From an uncultured Solirubrobacterales bacterium (GTDB taxonomy: Bacteria; Actinomycetota; Thermoleophilia; Solirubrobacterales; Solirubrobacteraceae): DNA of 40,000 nucleotides. The DNA is taken from NCBI GenBank assembly GCA_963703395.1, contig OY969817.1, positions 1,673,702-1,713,701 on the forward strand, given 5' to 3'. Positions within the stretch are counted from its first letter, which is position 1. Every line of letters starts with the position of its first letter. A program made the translations under genes and the position numbers. Below, piece by piece: positions 23,095 to 31,851 of this stretch. Under the pieces are notes generated by a model that searched no databases, was not told the DNA's origin, and saw nothing but the letters and a program-made list of their open reading frames with translations.

Positions 23095-23529
23095 ATGATA
23101 CGGATGGTGCGCGGTAAGGCGGTCGCAGCCGCCGGCCGCGCCGACGGCCCGGGGGCGGACGCCCCCGCCCGTAGCGCATCCGTCCCCGCTCCCCGCTACG
23201 GTTTGGTCGTGCCCCATTGGCCCCTCTGGCCACGCCTGGCCACTGTCGCGCTGCTCACGCTCTGCGACTACCTCCTGTGGAACTGGTCGTTGAGCGCCAA
23301 CCACGACGTCCTCGCGCTCGTCTCCGGCATGACCCTGATTCCGCTGCTCATCGCCCTCGCCTGGCTGGTCGCCCTCACCGTCGCCCGCCTCATCGCCCGT
23401 ACCGCCCAACGCCCCCGGGCCCGCTCGAGCGCGGGTAAGCGCGCTCGCTCCAGCGGGGGTGGGCGGGGCTCCAACTCAGGCGCCGACGAGGCCCCCACCG
23501 CCTCCCCCACCTCGAAGCTCGCCGCGTGA
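23095..23529 (+). CDS. hypothetical membrane protein
   Basis: Two or three TM segments (LATVALLTLCDYLLWNW, LALVSGMTLIPLLIALAWLVALTVARLI). The stop overlaps the GTG start of the next gene. The start is uncertain: ATG 23095, or later TTG/GTG around 23203-23209. Confidence 0.5.
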   Translation: MIRMVRGKAVAAAGRADGPGADAPARSASVPAPRYGLVVPHWPLWPRLATVALLTLCDYLLWNWSLSANHDVLALVSGMTLIPLLIALAWLVALTVARLIARTAQRPRARSSAGKRARSSGGGRGSNSGADEAPTASPTSKLAA

Positions 23530-24773
23530 AGCGCCGCTGGTTCGTGTTCACAACGCTCCTGGTCTTCGCCGGCCTCGCGCTCGGGGGCTACGTCTACGCG
23601 CGTGACCGCACCGGCTCCATCTACCACCCCCACGCGCGCTTCGTCCCCGAGGCCAACCCCTCTCTCCCCGCCCGCGGCCCCGAACGCTTCACCTGGCCGA
23701 TCTACGGCTACACCAAGAACCACACCCGCTACTTCCCCGCCCCCGCCAGCCTGCGCCCCCCCTTCAAGCGCGCCTGGGCCCGCGGCGGGTCCTCCCTGCG
23801 CGAGTTCCCCCCCGTGCTCTCGGAAAACCGCATCTTCCAACTCACCGACGACGGGGTCCTCAGCGCGATCGACAAGTGGGACGGCAAGCTCCTCTGGAGC
23901 CGACGCCTGGGCACGCTCTCTGCCGCCTCCCCCGCCGTCGGCGGGAGCACCGTGTACGCCACCGTGCTCTCCCGCGCCTCCGGCGCGGAAGAAGGACGCA
24001 TCGCCGCGCTCGACGTCGCCACCGGCGCGATCCGCTGGTCGCGTACGCTCTCCTCCCGCAGCGAGTCCTCCCCCCTGCTCGACCGCGGCCGGCTCTACTT
24101 CGGCTCCGAAAACGGCACCGTCTACGCGCTCGACGCGCGCGATGGGCGGATCGTGTGGACCTACCACGCCGCCGGCGCCGTCAAGGCCAGCCCCTCCCTC
24201 TCCAACGGCCTGCTCTACTTCGGCGACTACTCCGGCCACGTGCAGGCGATCAGCGAGCGGACCGGACGGCGGCTCTGGCTCGCCGGCTCCGAAGGGGCGC
24301 TGCTCGGCAGTGGGACCTTCTACTCCACCTCCGCCGTCGTCTACGGACGCGTGTTCCTCGGCAACACCGACGGGCGTGTCTACGCCTACGACGCCGCCAC
24401 CGGCAGGCTCGACTGGGCCTACCAAACGGGTAACTACGTCTACGCCTCGCCCGCGGTCGCCGACGCTCCCGGCCTCGGCCCCACCGTCTACCTGGGCTCC
24501 TACAACAGCAACTTCTACGCCCTCAACGCCCGCACCGGCCACGTCGAGTGGAGCTACAACGCCGGCGGGAAGATCTCGGGCTCCGCCACCATCATCGGCC
24601 GGGTCGTCTACTTCTCCGACCTCGGCACCCACCGCACGTACGGCCTCGGAATCTCCACCGGCAAGGTCGAGTTCACGATGCACACCGGCGCCTTCGACCC
24701 CGTGATCAGCGACTCGAGCCGCATCTACCTCACCGGCTACACCGGCCTCTACGACCTCTCCCCGGCAGGCTGA
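23526..24773 (+). CDS. PQQ-like beta-propeller repeat protein (BamB-like fold), N-terminal membrane anchor
   Basis: An N-terminal TM segment (WFVFTTLLVFAGLALGGYVY) is followed by repeated motifs: GTVYALDARDGRIVW, GLLYFGDYSGHVQAISERTGRRLW, GRVYAYDAATGRLDW and SNFYALNARTGHVEW. Confidence 0.85.
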   Translation: MKRRWFVFTTLLVFAGLALGGYVYARDRTGSIYHPHARFVPEANPSLPARGPERFTWPIYGYTKNHTRYFPAPASLRPPFKRAWARGGSSLREFPPVLSENRIFQLTDDGVLSAIDKWDGKLLWSRRLGTLSAASPAVGGSTVYATVLSRASGAEEGRIAALDVATGAIRWSRTLSSRSESSPLLDRGRLYFGSENGTVYALDARDGRIVWTYHAAGAVKASPSLSNGLLYFGDYSGHVQAISERTGRRLWLAGSEGALLGSGTFYSTSAVVYGRVFLGNTDGRVYAYDAATGRLDWAYQTGNYVYASPAVADAPGLGPTVYLGSYNSNFYALNARTGHVEWSYNAGGKISGSATIIGRVVYFSDLGTHRTYGLGISTGKVEFTMHTGAFDPVISDSSRIYLTGYTGLYDLSPAG

Positions 24774-24825
24774 GCCGGCCTGAGACCGACCCGACGGGCC
24801 GTCGCGGGGAACGCCCGCCGACCGT

Positions 24826-26583
24826 TCACCCTGGCTGCCCGGTGCAGGAGGAGCCCTCCACCCCCAGCGCGCGGGCGATCGAGAAGCGCGCCGCCACGGT
24901 CACGGCACCCGCCCGCCGCGCGATCACCTCCGTCCAGCCACCCGGCGCCCTGCCCACGCACGCGGCGCCCGCGGCAACCGTCCAGTAGCGGGTGTAGCGC
25001 ACCCTCACCACGAAGCTGCCCCGCGCGCGCGCCCGCAGCGCGAACCAGTCGTGCCCCATCCCGCTCAACACGCCCGGCCCCTGTGTGAGCGGGGTGGCGC
25101 CCAGCACTTCGTAGATCCGCCAGTGCCGCGTTCGCCGCACCTCCCGCAGGTACGGCAGCCCCGCCTCGATCAGGCGGCCCTCCCCGGCGCTCGATGGGTC
25201 GAGCGGCGCGTCCGGCAGCGCCACGTAGCGCACCGCCTCCTCCTCCAGCCACGCGCGGTACTGCCCCGCCGTCAGGCGCTTGGAGAGCAGCACCCCGTCG
25301 TAGCGCTCGTCGAGCTGCTTCTCCCACCCCCGCGCCAGCGAGACCTTCGGCGCCAGCCACGCCGCCTCCCAGTGGCCCCGCGTGAACGGCACCTCCACCC
25401 GCACCGGCTGGGCGGGTGGGGCCTCGACACCCGCCACGAAGCGCTCCACCGGCACGTAGTACGAGGCGCTCGTCGAAGCGTTCCCCGCCACCGCCGCTGT
25501 TTCGCGCACTGGCCCCCACACCGTCCACACGGCGATGCCGCACAGGACCGCTGCCGTCGCCGCGGAGAAGCGCCCGCTCGCGCCCGGCCGGCCCCACCCA
25601 CGTTTTCCGGGCGGGCCGCCTGGATCGGTCGACACCCCCCCGCCGGTCCGGTCCGGCGGTCGCTCGTCGGTCGGCTCGGTGCGACCGTCGTGTTCGCGGA
25701 CGCAGAGGGCGCACAGCAGCAGCGGCCCCGCCAACAGCACCCCGTAGCGCTCCACGTTTGCCCCCATCGGAGTGTGCACCGCCACGCACGCCACACACGC
25801 GGCCAGGTAAACGACCGCCCCGGTCCGCAGCAGCCGCGCCTCCGCGGGGAGCGCCCACAGGAACCCCACGATCACCGCGACGCTCGCCAGGAAGGAGTAC
25901 AGCGGATAGGGCTCCCACCCTCCCTCCGGGAAGAGCCCCGCCAGCGCCGCCACCACCACGGCGGGTGGCCCTCCGAGCACCACGAGGCTACGCGGCGAGC
26001 GCGCGGCCAGGGAGTGTGTGAGCCCCGCCAACGCCAGCAGCACGCCCGCGACCGGGCTGCACGCCGCGCACGCCGCCGCCACGCACGCAGCCGCCGCGGG
26101 CCGGCCGCGCATCAGCGCGAGCACTGCCCCCACCGCGAAGCTCACTCCCAGCGCGAACGTCACCCGTCCGCTCCACACGTCCCCCAGCGCCGCCACCGCG
26201 AACCACACCGCCCCCCACCTCGCCGCCGCCCCGTACACTGCCCCGGCCGCCCGTTCGAACAGGGCCGCCGAGACCACCACCGCCGCCGCCCCCACCGCGC
26301 GCACCCCCACCAGCGCCCCCAGCGGCGGGAACACGAGGCTGTACCCCGGGATCGCGTGGCCTCCGTACCAGCGTCCGTCCCACACCACGAACCCCACTTC
26401 GCGGAAGAGGCTCGCCCGGTACACCTGCCCCGCGAGGTCCGGCGTGCGGGGGTCCACGATCAGCCACACCGCCACCCCCACCGCCGCCGTCAGGAGGCCC
26501 CAGGGCGCCCCTCTCGCCGCGCCTGCGCCGGCAGCCGCCTTCGGCGCGGACTCTCGCGCCACGTACGTGCCCATTGGCGGCAC
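24826..26583 (-). CDS. large polytopic membrane protein with C-terminal extracytoplasmic domain (possible GT-C-type glycosyltransferase)
   Basis: 585 aa with about ten hydrophobic segments in the first ~330 aa, then a soluble ~250-aa domain. The function is only inferred from topology and no catalytic motif was identified. Confidence 0.7.
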   Translation of the reverse strand: MPPMGTYVARESAPKAAAGAGAARGAPWGLLTAAVGVAVWLIVDPRTPDLAGQVYRASLFREVGFVVWDGRWYGGHAIPGYSLVFPPLGALVGVRAVGAAAVVVSAALFERAAGAVYGAAARWGAVWFAVAALGDVWSGRVTFALGVSFAVGAVLALMRGRPAAAACVAAACAACSPVAGVLLALAGLTHSLAARSPRSLVVLGGPPAVVVAALAGLFPEGGWEPYPLYSFLASVAVIVGFLWALPAEARLLRTGAVVYLAACVACVAVHTPMGANVERYGVLLAGPLLLCALCVREHDGRTEPTDERPPDRTGGGVSTDPGGPPGKRGWGRPGASGRFSAATAAVLCGIAVWTVWGPVRETAAVAGNASTSASYYVPVERFVAGVEAPPAQPVRVEVPFTRGHWEAAWLAPKVSLARGWEKQLDERYDGVLLSKRLTAGQYRAWLEEEAVRYVALPDAPLDPSSAGEGRLIEAGLPYLREVRRTRHWRIYEVLGATPLTQGPGVLSGMGHDWFALRARARGSFVVRVRYTRYWTVAAGAACVGRAPGGWTEVIARRAGAVTVAARFSIARALGVEGSSCTGQPG

Positions 26584-26729
26584 CCTACGGGTTCGCGGGT
26601 CTCCTATGGAAAGGTCGACCGGGGTCCGGTGCGCTACCCCACCGGACCCCGGCCTTCCCGCGAGCGAACCTCTGCCTGTCCCGCGGGGTGCTATGCCAGT
26701 TTCAACAGTTCGGCCGCGCGAAAGTCGCT

Positions 26730-27449
26730 GTGATAATCCGCGTTGTGGTCCCCGCTCTCAAGACGATCGGCTGCCTCCGCCGGCCCCGGCGGCCGCTCGC
26801 GTTCTCGCTCGCGGCTCTGCTCGCCGCCAGCGCCTGCCTGGCCGCCGGCGGCTGCGCCACCGTGCAGCCCGCGCCGCTCGGGGTGCGTGAGCTCGCCGAA
26901 GCGCAGACCTTCCCCTTCTACCGCCTCTACTGGGTGGGGCCCCGCTTCGGCTCCGATCCCCTCGCCGCGGCCGACGGCATCCGCAACTACAACAGCGCCG
27001 TCGGGGACTCCGTCTACTACGGCGACTGCGCATCCGGCAAGGCCGCCGGGCTCGGCGGCAACGGCTGCGTGCTGCCCCTCCAGGTCGCCACCCTGATCTA
27101 CGCCCGCCACGCCAACGCGCCCCTCGGCCCTCAGCGCAACGTGCTGCTGCGCGGAGTCCCGGCGGTCATCTACGACGGCGGGGACTCGATCGAGCTCTAC
27201 AGCGGGCGTCTTGCGATCGACGTCTTCTCCGAGGGCCTCTCCGACGGGCTGCGCGCCGTCCACGCCCTGCGTCCACTCAACGCGCCCGGCTCCGCCGTCG
27301 CTCTCCTGCCGCCGCCCGTCTACTGCCCGGGCCTCTCCGGACCCCGGCCCGCTGCCGTGCGGGCCGTCCTGCGCAACCTCCCTGGGCACGCCTGCCAGAA
27401 GGTCGCGCAGACGCTGGCCGTCGATCGCGCCCTCTTCGGGAAAGGCTAG
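26730..27449 (+). CDS. putative lipoprotein / secreted protein
   Basis: Signal and lipobox-like N-terminus (RRPRRPLAFSLAALLAASACLAAGGC). The start is uncertain (GTG 26730 or 26745; the ORF is open from 26574). It is divergent from the membrane protein gene. Confidence 0.55.
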   Translation: MIIRVVVPALKTIGCLRRPRRPLAFSLAALLAASACLAAGGCATVQPAPLGVRELAEAQTFPFYRLYWVGPRFGSDPLAAADGIRNYNSAVGDSVYYGDCASGKAAGLGGNGCVLPLQVATLIYARHANAPLGPQRNVLLRGVPAVIYDGGDSIELYSGRLAIDVFSEGLSDGLRAVHALRPLNAPGSAVALLPPPVYCPGLSGPRPAAVRAVLRNLPGHACQKVAQTLAVDRALFGKG

Positions 27450-28537
27450 GCCCCGGCCGCGCTGCCCGGCTGGGGGCGTAGCGGCTTGCCGATCTCCCCG
27501 CGCAGGCTCAGGAACGCCGCCGTCCCGACCAGCGCGGGGATCCACAGCGAGATCGCTCGGTAAGTCACCACCGCCGCCAGCACCATCGAGGCGGGGCGCG
27601 CCCCGAACAGCAGCAGCATCCCCACGAGGCCCCCTTCCACCGCGAAGAAGCCCCCCGGGATCGGGATCGAGTTCGCGAGCATCCCCACTAGGTACGCCAT
27701 CGCCACCGCCCAGAACGTCGGCGTCGGGCCATACGCAGCCAGGCACGCCCACAGGCACGCCACGTCCCACAGACAGTACCCCACCGCCCCCGACAGGCGC
27801 CAGTCGTGGCGGCGGATCAGCGCGACCGCGTCGCCCACCCCACCTCCGACGGCGATCAGCGCCACCACTGCGCGGCCCTGCTCGCCGCTGCGGCGTGCCG
27901 CCGCCCGCCGCGCCCACCGCGCCGCCGCGAGCGTGGCGAGGATCGTCGCGAGCGCCGCCCCCGCCGGCAGCAGCGTCAGTAGCGGGTTGCGCGAGCCCGG
28001 CAGCAGCCCCAGCCACATCGGCACCCCGATCGCCACCACCGCGGCGACGTTCACGGCGCTCGTCAGCACGAACAGCAGCACCGAGCGCTTCGCGATCCGC
28101 TCCACCGAGATCCCCTTGCTGCGCAGCACCCACGCGCCCAGTGCGATCCCTCCCAGCCCGCTCGCGGAGACCACCGAGTTGACCGCCAGCTCGGCCAGCG
28201 ACAGACGCGAGCTCAGGCTGCGGCCCAGCCGTCCGAACACGAGCCCGAACAGCACGACGTAGGAGATGCACGAGAGCACCTCCAGCACGACCGCCGCCGC
28301 CACCCACGCCCCGTTGGCGTCCGTGATCCGCTCCCCCGCCGACCGCAGGCCCGGGACCGCTAGCAGCAGGCCCGCGACGACCGCGAAGAACACTGCGAGG
28401 CTGACGATGCTGTTGCGCAGCCTCCGCGACTGCGCCGCCATCCCCCGCGCGGTCTCCTCCGCGTCGGCCCGATCGTCTTCCTGCGCTCCCTGCTGGCCGA
28501 TCTTTGATCGGTCGGTCGCTCTCGAACTCACCTTCAC
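27446..28537 (-). CDS. flippase-like (lysylphosphatidylglycerol synthase TM region / UPF0104) membrane protein
   Basis: 363 aa with about 8 TM segments. The characteristic C-terminal region reads AYLVGMLANSIPIPGGFFAVEGGLVGMLLLFG....AVVTYRAISLWIP. Confidence 0.8.
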   Translation of the reverse strand: MKVSSRATDRSKIGQQGAQEDDRADAEETARGMAAQSRRLRNSIVSLAVFFAVVAGLLLAVPGLRSAGERITDANGAWVAAAVVLEVLSCISYVVLFGLVFGRLGRSLSSRLSLAELAVNSVVSASGLGGIALGAWVLRSKGISVERIAKRSVLLFVLTSAVNVAAVVAIGVPMWLGLLPGSRNPLLTLLPAGAALATILATLAAARWARRAAARRSGEQGRAVVALIAVGGGVGDAVALIRRHDWRLSGAVGYCLWDVACLWACLAAYGPTPTFWAVAMAYLVGMLANSIPIPGGFFAVEGGLVGMLLLFGARPASMVLAAVVTYRAISLWIPALVGTAAFLSLRGEIGKPLRPQPGSAAGA

Positions 28538-28624
28538 CTCTTACTCGCGTGGACGCTCGCCGTCGCTTACCCGCGTGGATGCTCGCCGTCGCCGGCTCCG
28601 GCCTGCCTCCCGCCGTCAACCCCA

Positions 28625-28879
28625 TCATGCCCGATCCCGTGCGCGTTCCCGGAAGCGTGCCGGGGAGAGCCCGTAGCGGCGGCGGAACGCGCGCGCGAAG
28701 TGCGAGCCTCCGCTGTAGCCCACCAGCCGCGCCACGTCCGCCACCGGGATCGCCTGGCCCGCGAGCAGCTCCGCCGCGGCGGCCATCCGCCGCGCGCGGA
28801 GGTCCTCCTGGAAGGTGCTTCCCCCGGACGCGTACGCACGCTGCAGCTGGCGCGGCGAGCAGGAGAGCGCGCGGGCCAC
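28625..28879 (-). CDS. AraC-family HTH DNA-binding domain only (probably N-terminally truncated regulator)
   Basis: Both AraC HTH units are present (LAAVARALSCSPRQLQRAY and VADVARLVGYSGGSHFARAFRRRYGLSPARFR). An in-frame TAA at 28934-28936 leaves no room for a sensor domain. The only start candidate is GTG 28877-28879. Confidence 0.7.
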   Translation of the reverse strand: MARALSCSPRQLQRAYASGGSTFQEDLRARRMAAAAELLAGQAIPVADVARLVGYSGGSHFARAFRRRYGLSPARFRERARDRA

Positions 28880-28964
28880 CGCCGCGAGCGTCAGCTCCTG
28901 GCGGTAGTGGCGCTTATCGCTCTGCCGAGCACATTATCGCCCTCCCTCCCCCCTGTCAAGGGGT

Positions 28965-28993
28965 TTTATCTGTGATATCTCGTCACAGATAAA
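28965..28993. repeat. perfect 11-bp inverted repeat (hairpin) over the integrase stop codon
   Basis: tttatctgtga (28965-28975) and tcacagataaa (28983-28993) are separated by 7 nt. Just upstream, cccctgtcaagggg (28950-28963) is a second small hairpin, followed by tttt. Confidence 0.6.
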
Positions 28994-29946
28994 CTGGACC
29001 CTGTGACCGTCGAACTGGTCGCGCTCCGCATTTGCCGGCCGAACCTCTCCAGCCTCTCGGCCTGCGACACCCCATAGCGCAATCCCCGCACGCTCGCAGC
29101 TAGCTCATCAAGCGAGGGGCGCCCGGTATACACCTCTGCGGTGGTCTCGACCTTTGCGTGCCCCATCAACGCCTGCGCGACCCTGAGCCCCGCGTACTTC
29201 GCCACATGGTCCCCGTAAGCGTGACGGAGGAGATGCGGATGAACATGCGCGGCGATCCCAGCCCGGCGGCCTACCCCCACGACGATGCGGCGCAGCGATT
29301 CATAGCTGATATGGTGCGTCGGCTCACGCTGCACCAACGGCACCGGACCGCCCCCGCACTGGGCGTTGATGACGTAATGGTCCGGCGCGACATCCCGCCG
29401 AATGCCTTCCGCGATGGCCTCAAGTTCGCCCACCACGGGCACCCACCGCTCGCTCGCGCCCTTGGCGATATCAGCACTGAACCAGACGAAGCCACGCCGC
29501 GCGAAGTGCCTGCCCTGCAAGAACGTCAGTTCCGTTGCCCTAGCGCCCGCGCAGACCCCCAGCAGGATCACCCGTCGCTCACGGGTGGTCTCGCACGCCG
29601 CGATCAACGCTATGACCTCCTCCCGCGTCAGCCGGTAGATACTTGGCTTGCGCACTCTCGCTCTGCGGACCTGTCTAGCGGGGTTGTCCGGCCGGTGCCC
29701 CTCCGTCGAGAGATAGTCGTAGAAGCTCGTCAAGCATGAATGCTCACGCGACTGCGTAGTCGGATGCTCCCACCGCGCTAGGGTGCGCTTCACGTCCTCG
29801 CGGGACGCGGAGAGCGGCCCCGCTGGCGTGTCCCCCGCATGGAGGGCGAGCACACGCCGGTAGGCGCGCACCGTCTCCTTGCTGTTGATCCTCCCGGCCT
29901 GCCGTTGGTCGCGCAGATACTCCTCGATGGCCTGTTCCCACCGCAT
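28966..29946 (-). CDS. tyrosine-type site-specific recombinase/integrase (phage integrase family), intact
   Basis: 326 aa. It has an N-terminal SAM-like domain (IEEYLRDQRQAGRINSKETVRAYRRVL) and the catalytic residues GARATEL (R), HLLRHAYGDH (HxxR) and LMGHAKVETTAEVY (H..Y). SD ggaggg lies upstream of ATG 29944-29946. Confidence 0.92.
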   Translation of the reverse strand: MRWEQAIEEYLRDQRQAGRINSKETVRAYRRVLALHAGDTPAGPLSASREDVKRTLARWEHPTTQSREHSCLTSFYDYLSTEGHRPDNPARQVRRARVRKPSIYRLTREEVIALIAACETTRERRVILLGVCAGARATELTFLQGRHFARRGFVWFSADIAKGASERWVPVVGELEAIAEGIRRDVAPDHYVINAQCGGGPVPLVQREPTHHISYESLRRIVVGVGRRAGIAAHVHPHLLRHAYGDHVAKYAGLRVAQALMGHAKVETTAEVYTGRPSLDELAASVRGLRYGVSQAERLERFGRQMRSATSSTVTGSSLSVTRYHR

Positions 29947-30495
29947 CGCCTACCCCCTCCTTGGGTGCTGCGACACGCTGGTATCGTCCCGGGCGCGTCG
30001 AGACCCCCGTGTCTCGGTGCCACGGCCCGGGGTGGTGATGCACCGCCGGGCCGCCCTGTCGGCGCGGCACCGTAGCAGAAGGGCGCGGGGAGGGGCACGC
30101 ACCCCGACCCGGGCGGGTGTGGGTGTCCCGGTGTGCCGCCGCATTCCCCTCCTCTCCTCGGGGGTTGTTGGCTTGCTGGGTGTGACGGTGCTGCCGTCTC
30201 GTGTTTAGACAACATACAACCCTATTTCGAATGGTTCGTCAAGCCCACTTGTGGGAGCCCGTCCAGACTTCAGGACCGGCGGGTTGCAAGACTCCGTTTA
30301 GAGTAGCGCGTTGTCTGCGAGGCTGCGGGTGCACGGCGCCAGCCTGATGGTTCGCGGCGGGGCTGGCCCACATCCCTTTCAACAACCGCGTCTCCGCTCG
30401 CCGCGCACGCAGCCACTCGGCATCTGCGAGCTTACCTCCCGCTCCGGCGCCCCCAGAACGCGAAAAGCCCCGGCGCAATGGCCGGGGCTTTGGGA

Positions 30496-30524
30496 TTGAC
30501 AGGCGTGGGGTACCATGCTATACT
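30496..30524 (+). promoter_or_regulatory. near-consensus sigma-70-type promoter of the XRE/early operon
   Basis: TTGACA (30496-30501), a 17-nt spacer including an extended -10 TGc, then TATACT (30519-30524). The ATG at 30534 is 9 nt after the -10, so the mRNA is essentially leaderless. Confidence 0.6.
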
Positions 30525-30533
30525 GAGTGGCAT

Positions 30534-30752
30534 ATGAACGAGCAAGCCACACTCGGCTCCCGGCTACGCACGATGCGCGAAGCAAAGGGCCTCAGCTTCG
30601 CCGAAACAGCAGAGCTTGCCGGCCTCACCAAGGCGTACCTTGTGCGCATGGAGAAAGACCGCGTGAACCCCACGATCAAGACCATCGACTCGTTGGCCGC
30701 GGGTCTTGGGTGTTCGCCTGGGTGGCTCGCGTTCGGAAGCGACCAGCGATGA
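30534..30752 (+). CDS. XRE-family (Cro/CI-type) HTH regulator
   Basis: 72 aa: LGSRLRTMREAKGLSFAETAELAGLTKAYLVRMEKDRVNPTIKTIDSLAAGLGCSPGWLAFG. Confidence 0.88.
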   Translation: MNEQATLGSRLRTMREAKGLSFAETAELAGLTKAYLVRMEKDRVNPTIKTIDSLAAGLGCSPGWLAFGSDQR

Positions 30753-31009
30753 TTGCCGAGATTATCGGCGGTGTCGCTGGACTGGCGCTTGGGAGCGTCG
30801 TGGTGCTCGTCTCGAATGCGAGGCGCCGTGCTCGCCGTGACCGGGAGTTGGCCGCAAGGTTCCGCGGAATGCTAGCCGGCGTCTCCAAACCCGCGTGCTG
30901 GGATGAGTGGCCCAATCTGAGCGACGCTGATCTTACCGACGCGAACCTGTCGGGCGCCGATCTACGGCCAACCGTGCCTCTCTCCTACTTCCTGGACTGG
31001 CCGCAATGA
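30749..31009 (+). CDS. small membrane-anchored protein with short pentapeptide-repeat stretch
   Basis: ATGA overlap with the XRE stop. It has an N-terminal TM segment (IIGGVAGLALGSVVVLV) and three A(D/N)LxX units (SDADLTDANLSGADL). Confidence 0.55.
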   Translation: MIAEIIGGVAGLALGSVVVLVSNARRRARRDRELAARFRGMLAGVSKPACWDEWPNLSDADLTDANLSGADLRPTVPLSYFLDWPQ

Positions 31010-31221
31010 GCCCCCTCTTCGATACCTCCAAACCCGAGCTGACGTACCGTGCCATCGCCCACAACCTCCGCGAGTTCGGCTACCCCGACGTGACCACCAG
31101 CATGATCCGCGAGGTCCACGAGGCAATGAACGCCGGCGACCCCGAGCTGCCGCACGGTGTGGTCGGTATGTTCGCGCGGGAGCAGATCGCCGAGGCCCAA
31201 GCGAAAGGAATGCTCGCGTGA
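31006..31221 (+). CDS. hypothetical protein (71 aa)
   Basis: ATGA overlap with the previous gene and coding-like composition. No motif was recognised. Confidence 0.5.
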   Translation: MSPLFDTSKPELTYRAIAHNLREFGYPDVTTSMIREVHEAMNAGDPELPHGVVGMFAREQIAEAQAKGMLA

Positions 31222-31267
31222 TTGGGTTGGGGTGCTCCCCCGGCAGGCCGGCCACCGGAGAGCCGTC

Positions 31268-31588
31268 GTGACGGGCGCTGTCGTTAACGGGCGCGTCGCC
31301 CTTGACTGGTCGAAGGTGCGCCCCGGCTGGTACGAGGCCACAGACCCGGACGGCACCCGCTGGAGGATCGTGCAGTCCGGCAATTATCGCTGGGAGGTCA
31401 TCCTTCCCGGCGTCAGAGAGGTCTCCGAGTTCGAGGGCGAGACGCTTGCAGAAGCCAAGATGAGCGTCGAGGAGGAGGTTGCCGAGCGACTGGACACCTC
31501 CCTCCGTGCGCGGCGAGAAGAACGCCGTAGCCGCCAGCGTGCCCTTTTGCGTCAACGCGATCGGCTGGCCTCCGGGAGCGAGCGATGA
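31268..31588 (+). CDS. hypothetical protein (~106 aa)
   Basis: GTG 31268 is preceded by ggagag. An alternative GTG is at 31232 and the ORF is open from 31157. No motif was recognised. Confidence 0.5.
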   Translation: MTGAVVNGRVALDWSKVRPGWYEATDPDGTRWRIVQSGNYRWEVILPGVREVSEFEGETLAEAKMSVEEEVAERLDTSLRARREERRSRQRALLRQRDRLASGSER

Positions 31589-31848
31589 GCTGCACGTCGG
31601 ATATGCGTCAGCCTTTCCGTGCGCGGATGTCGTGGAGAGAGTGGTACTACGGCGACGCGCAGCCGCCACCCGGCACGCAGATTGGTGACAGCATCCCGGT
31701 CCGCGAGGACGCCGTATGCGAGGCCGACGTGGAGGCCGTAGTGCGCCGCATGGTCAAATGGGGTGCGACAGATAGTGAGGAGACGGACCGCCAAGCGCGT
31801 GCCCTCCTGGCGCTAGTCCTCGGCGACCAAGGTGCTACGGGAGGCTGA
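31585..31848 (+). CDS. hypothetical protein (87 aa)
   Basis: ATGA overlap with the upstream gene. No motif was recognised. Confidence 0.5.
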   Translation: MSCTSDMRQPFRARMSWREWYYGDAQPPPGTQIGDSIPVREDAVCEADVEAVVRRMVKWGATDSEETDRQARALLALVLGDQGATGG

Positions 31849-31851
31849 GCT

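Noticed and set aside
21756-23117. 453-aa plus-strand ORF (and the overlapping 22091-23098 ORF) spanning both tRNA genes and the SDR gene
   Set aside because: It runs antisense to a well-supported SDR gene and straight through two tRNAs. The translation is Arg/Pro/Ala/Ser-rich low-complexity sequence, typical of shadow ORFs in high-GC DNA.
23268-24683. 471-aa minus-strand ORF antisense to the PQQ-propeller gene, plus the 367-aa alternative plus frame (23602-24705)
   Set aside because: These are Gly/Ala/Val/Pro-rich shadow frames with no motifs. The 23526-24773 frame has clear repeated PQQ-like motifs.
25051-28628. Long alternative ORFs (25051-26733 +, 24749-25918 -, 26691-28628 -, 27211-28182 +) overlapping the membrane-protein, lipoprotein and flippase genes
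   Set aside because: All are Arg/Pro/Gly-rich antisense or off-frame products. The chosen frames show TM periodicity or family motifs.
29950-30144. 64-aa minus-strand ORF ending 3 nt before the integrase ATG, considered as an excisionase
   Set aside because: It is an Arg/Thr/Pro-rich sequence without an Xis/MerR-type HTH pattern and looks like a GC-driven ORF. The same applies to 30239-30478 (TTG start, no motif).
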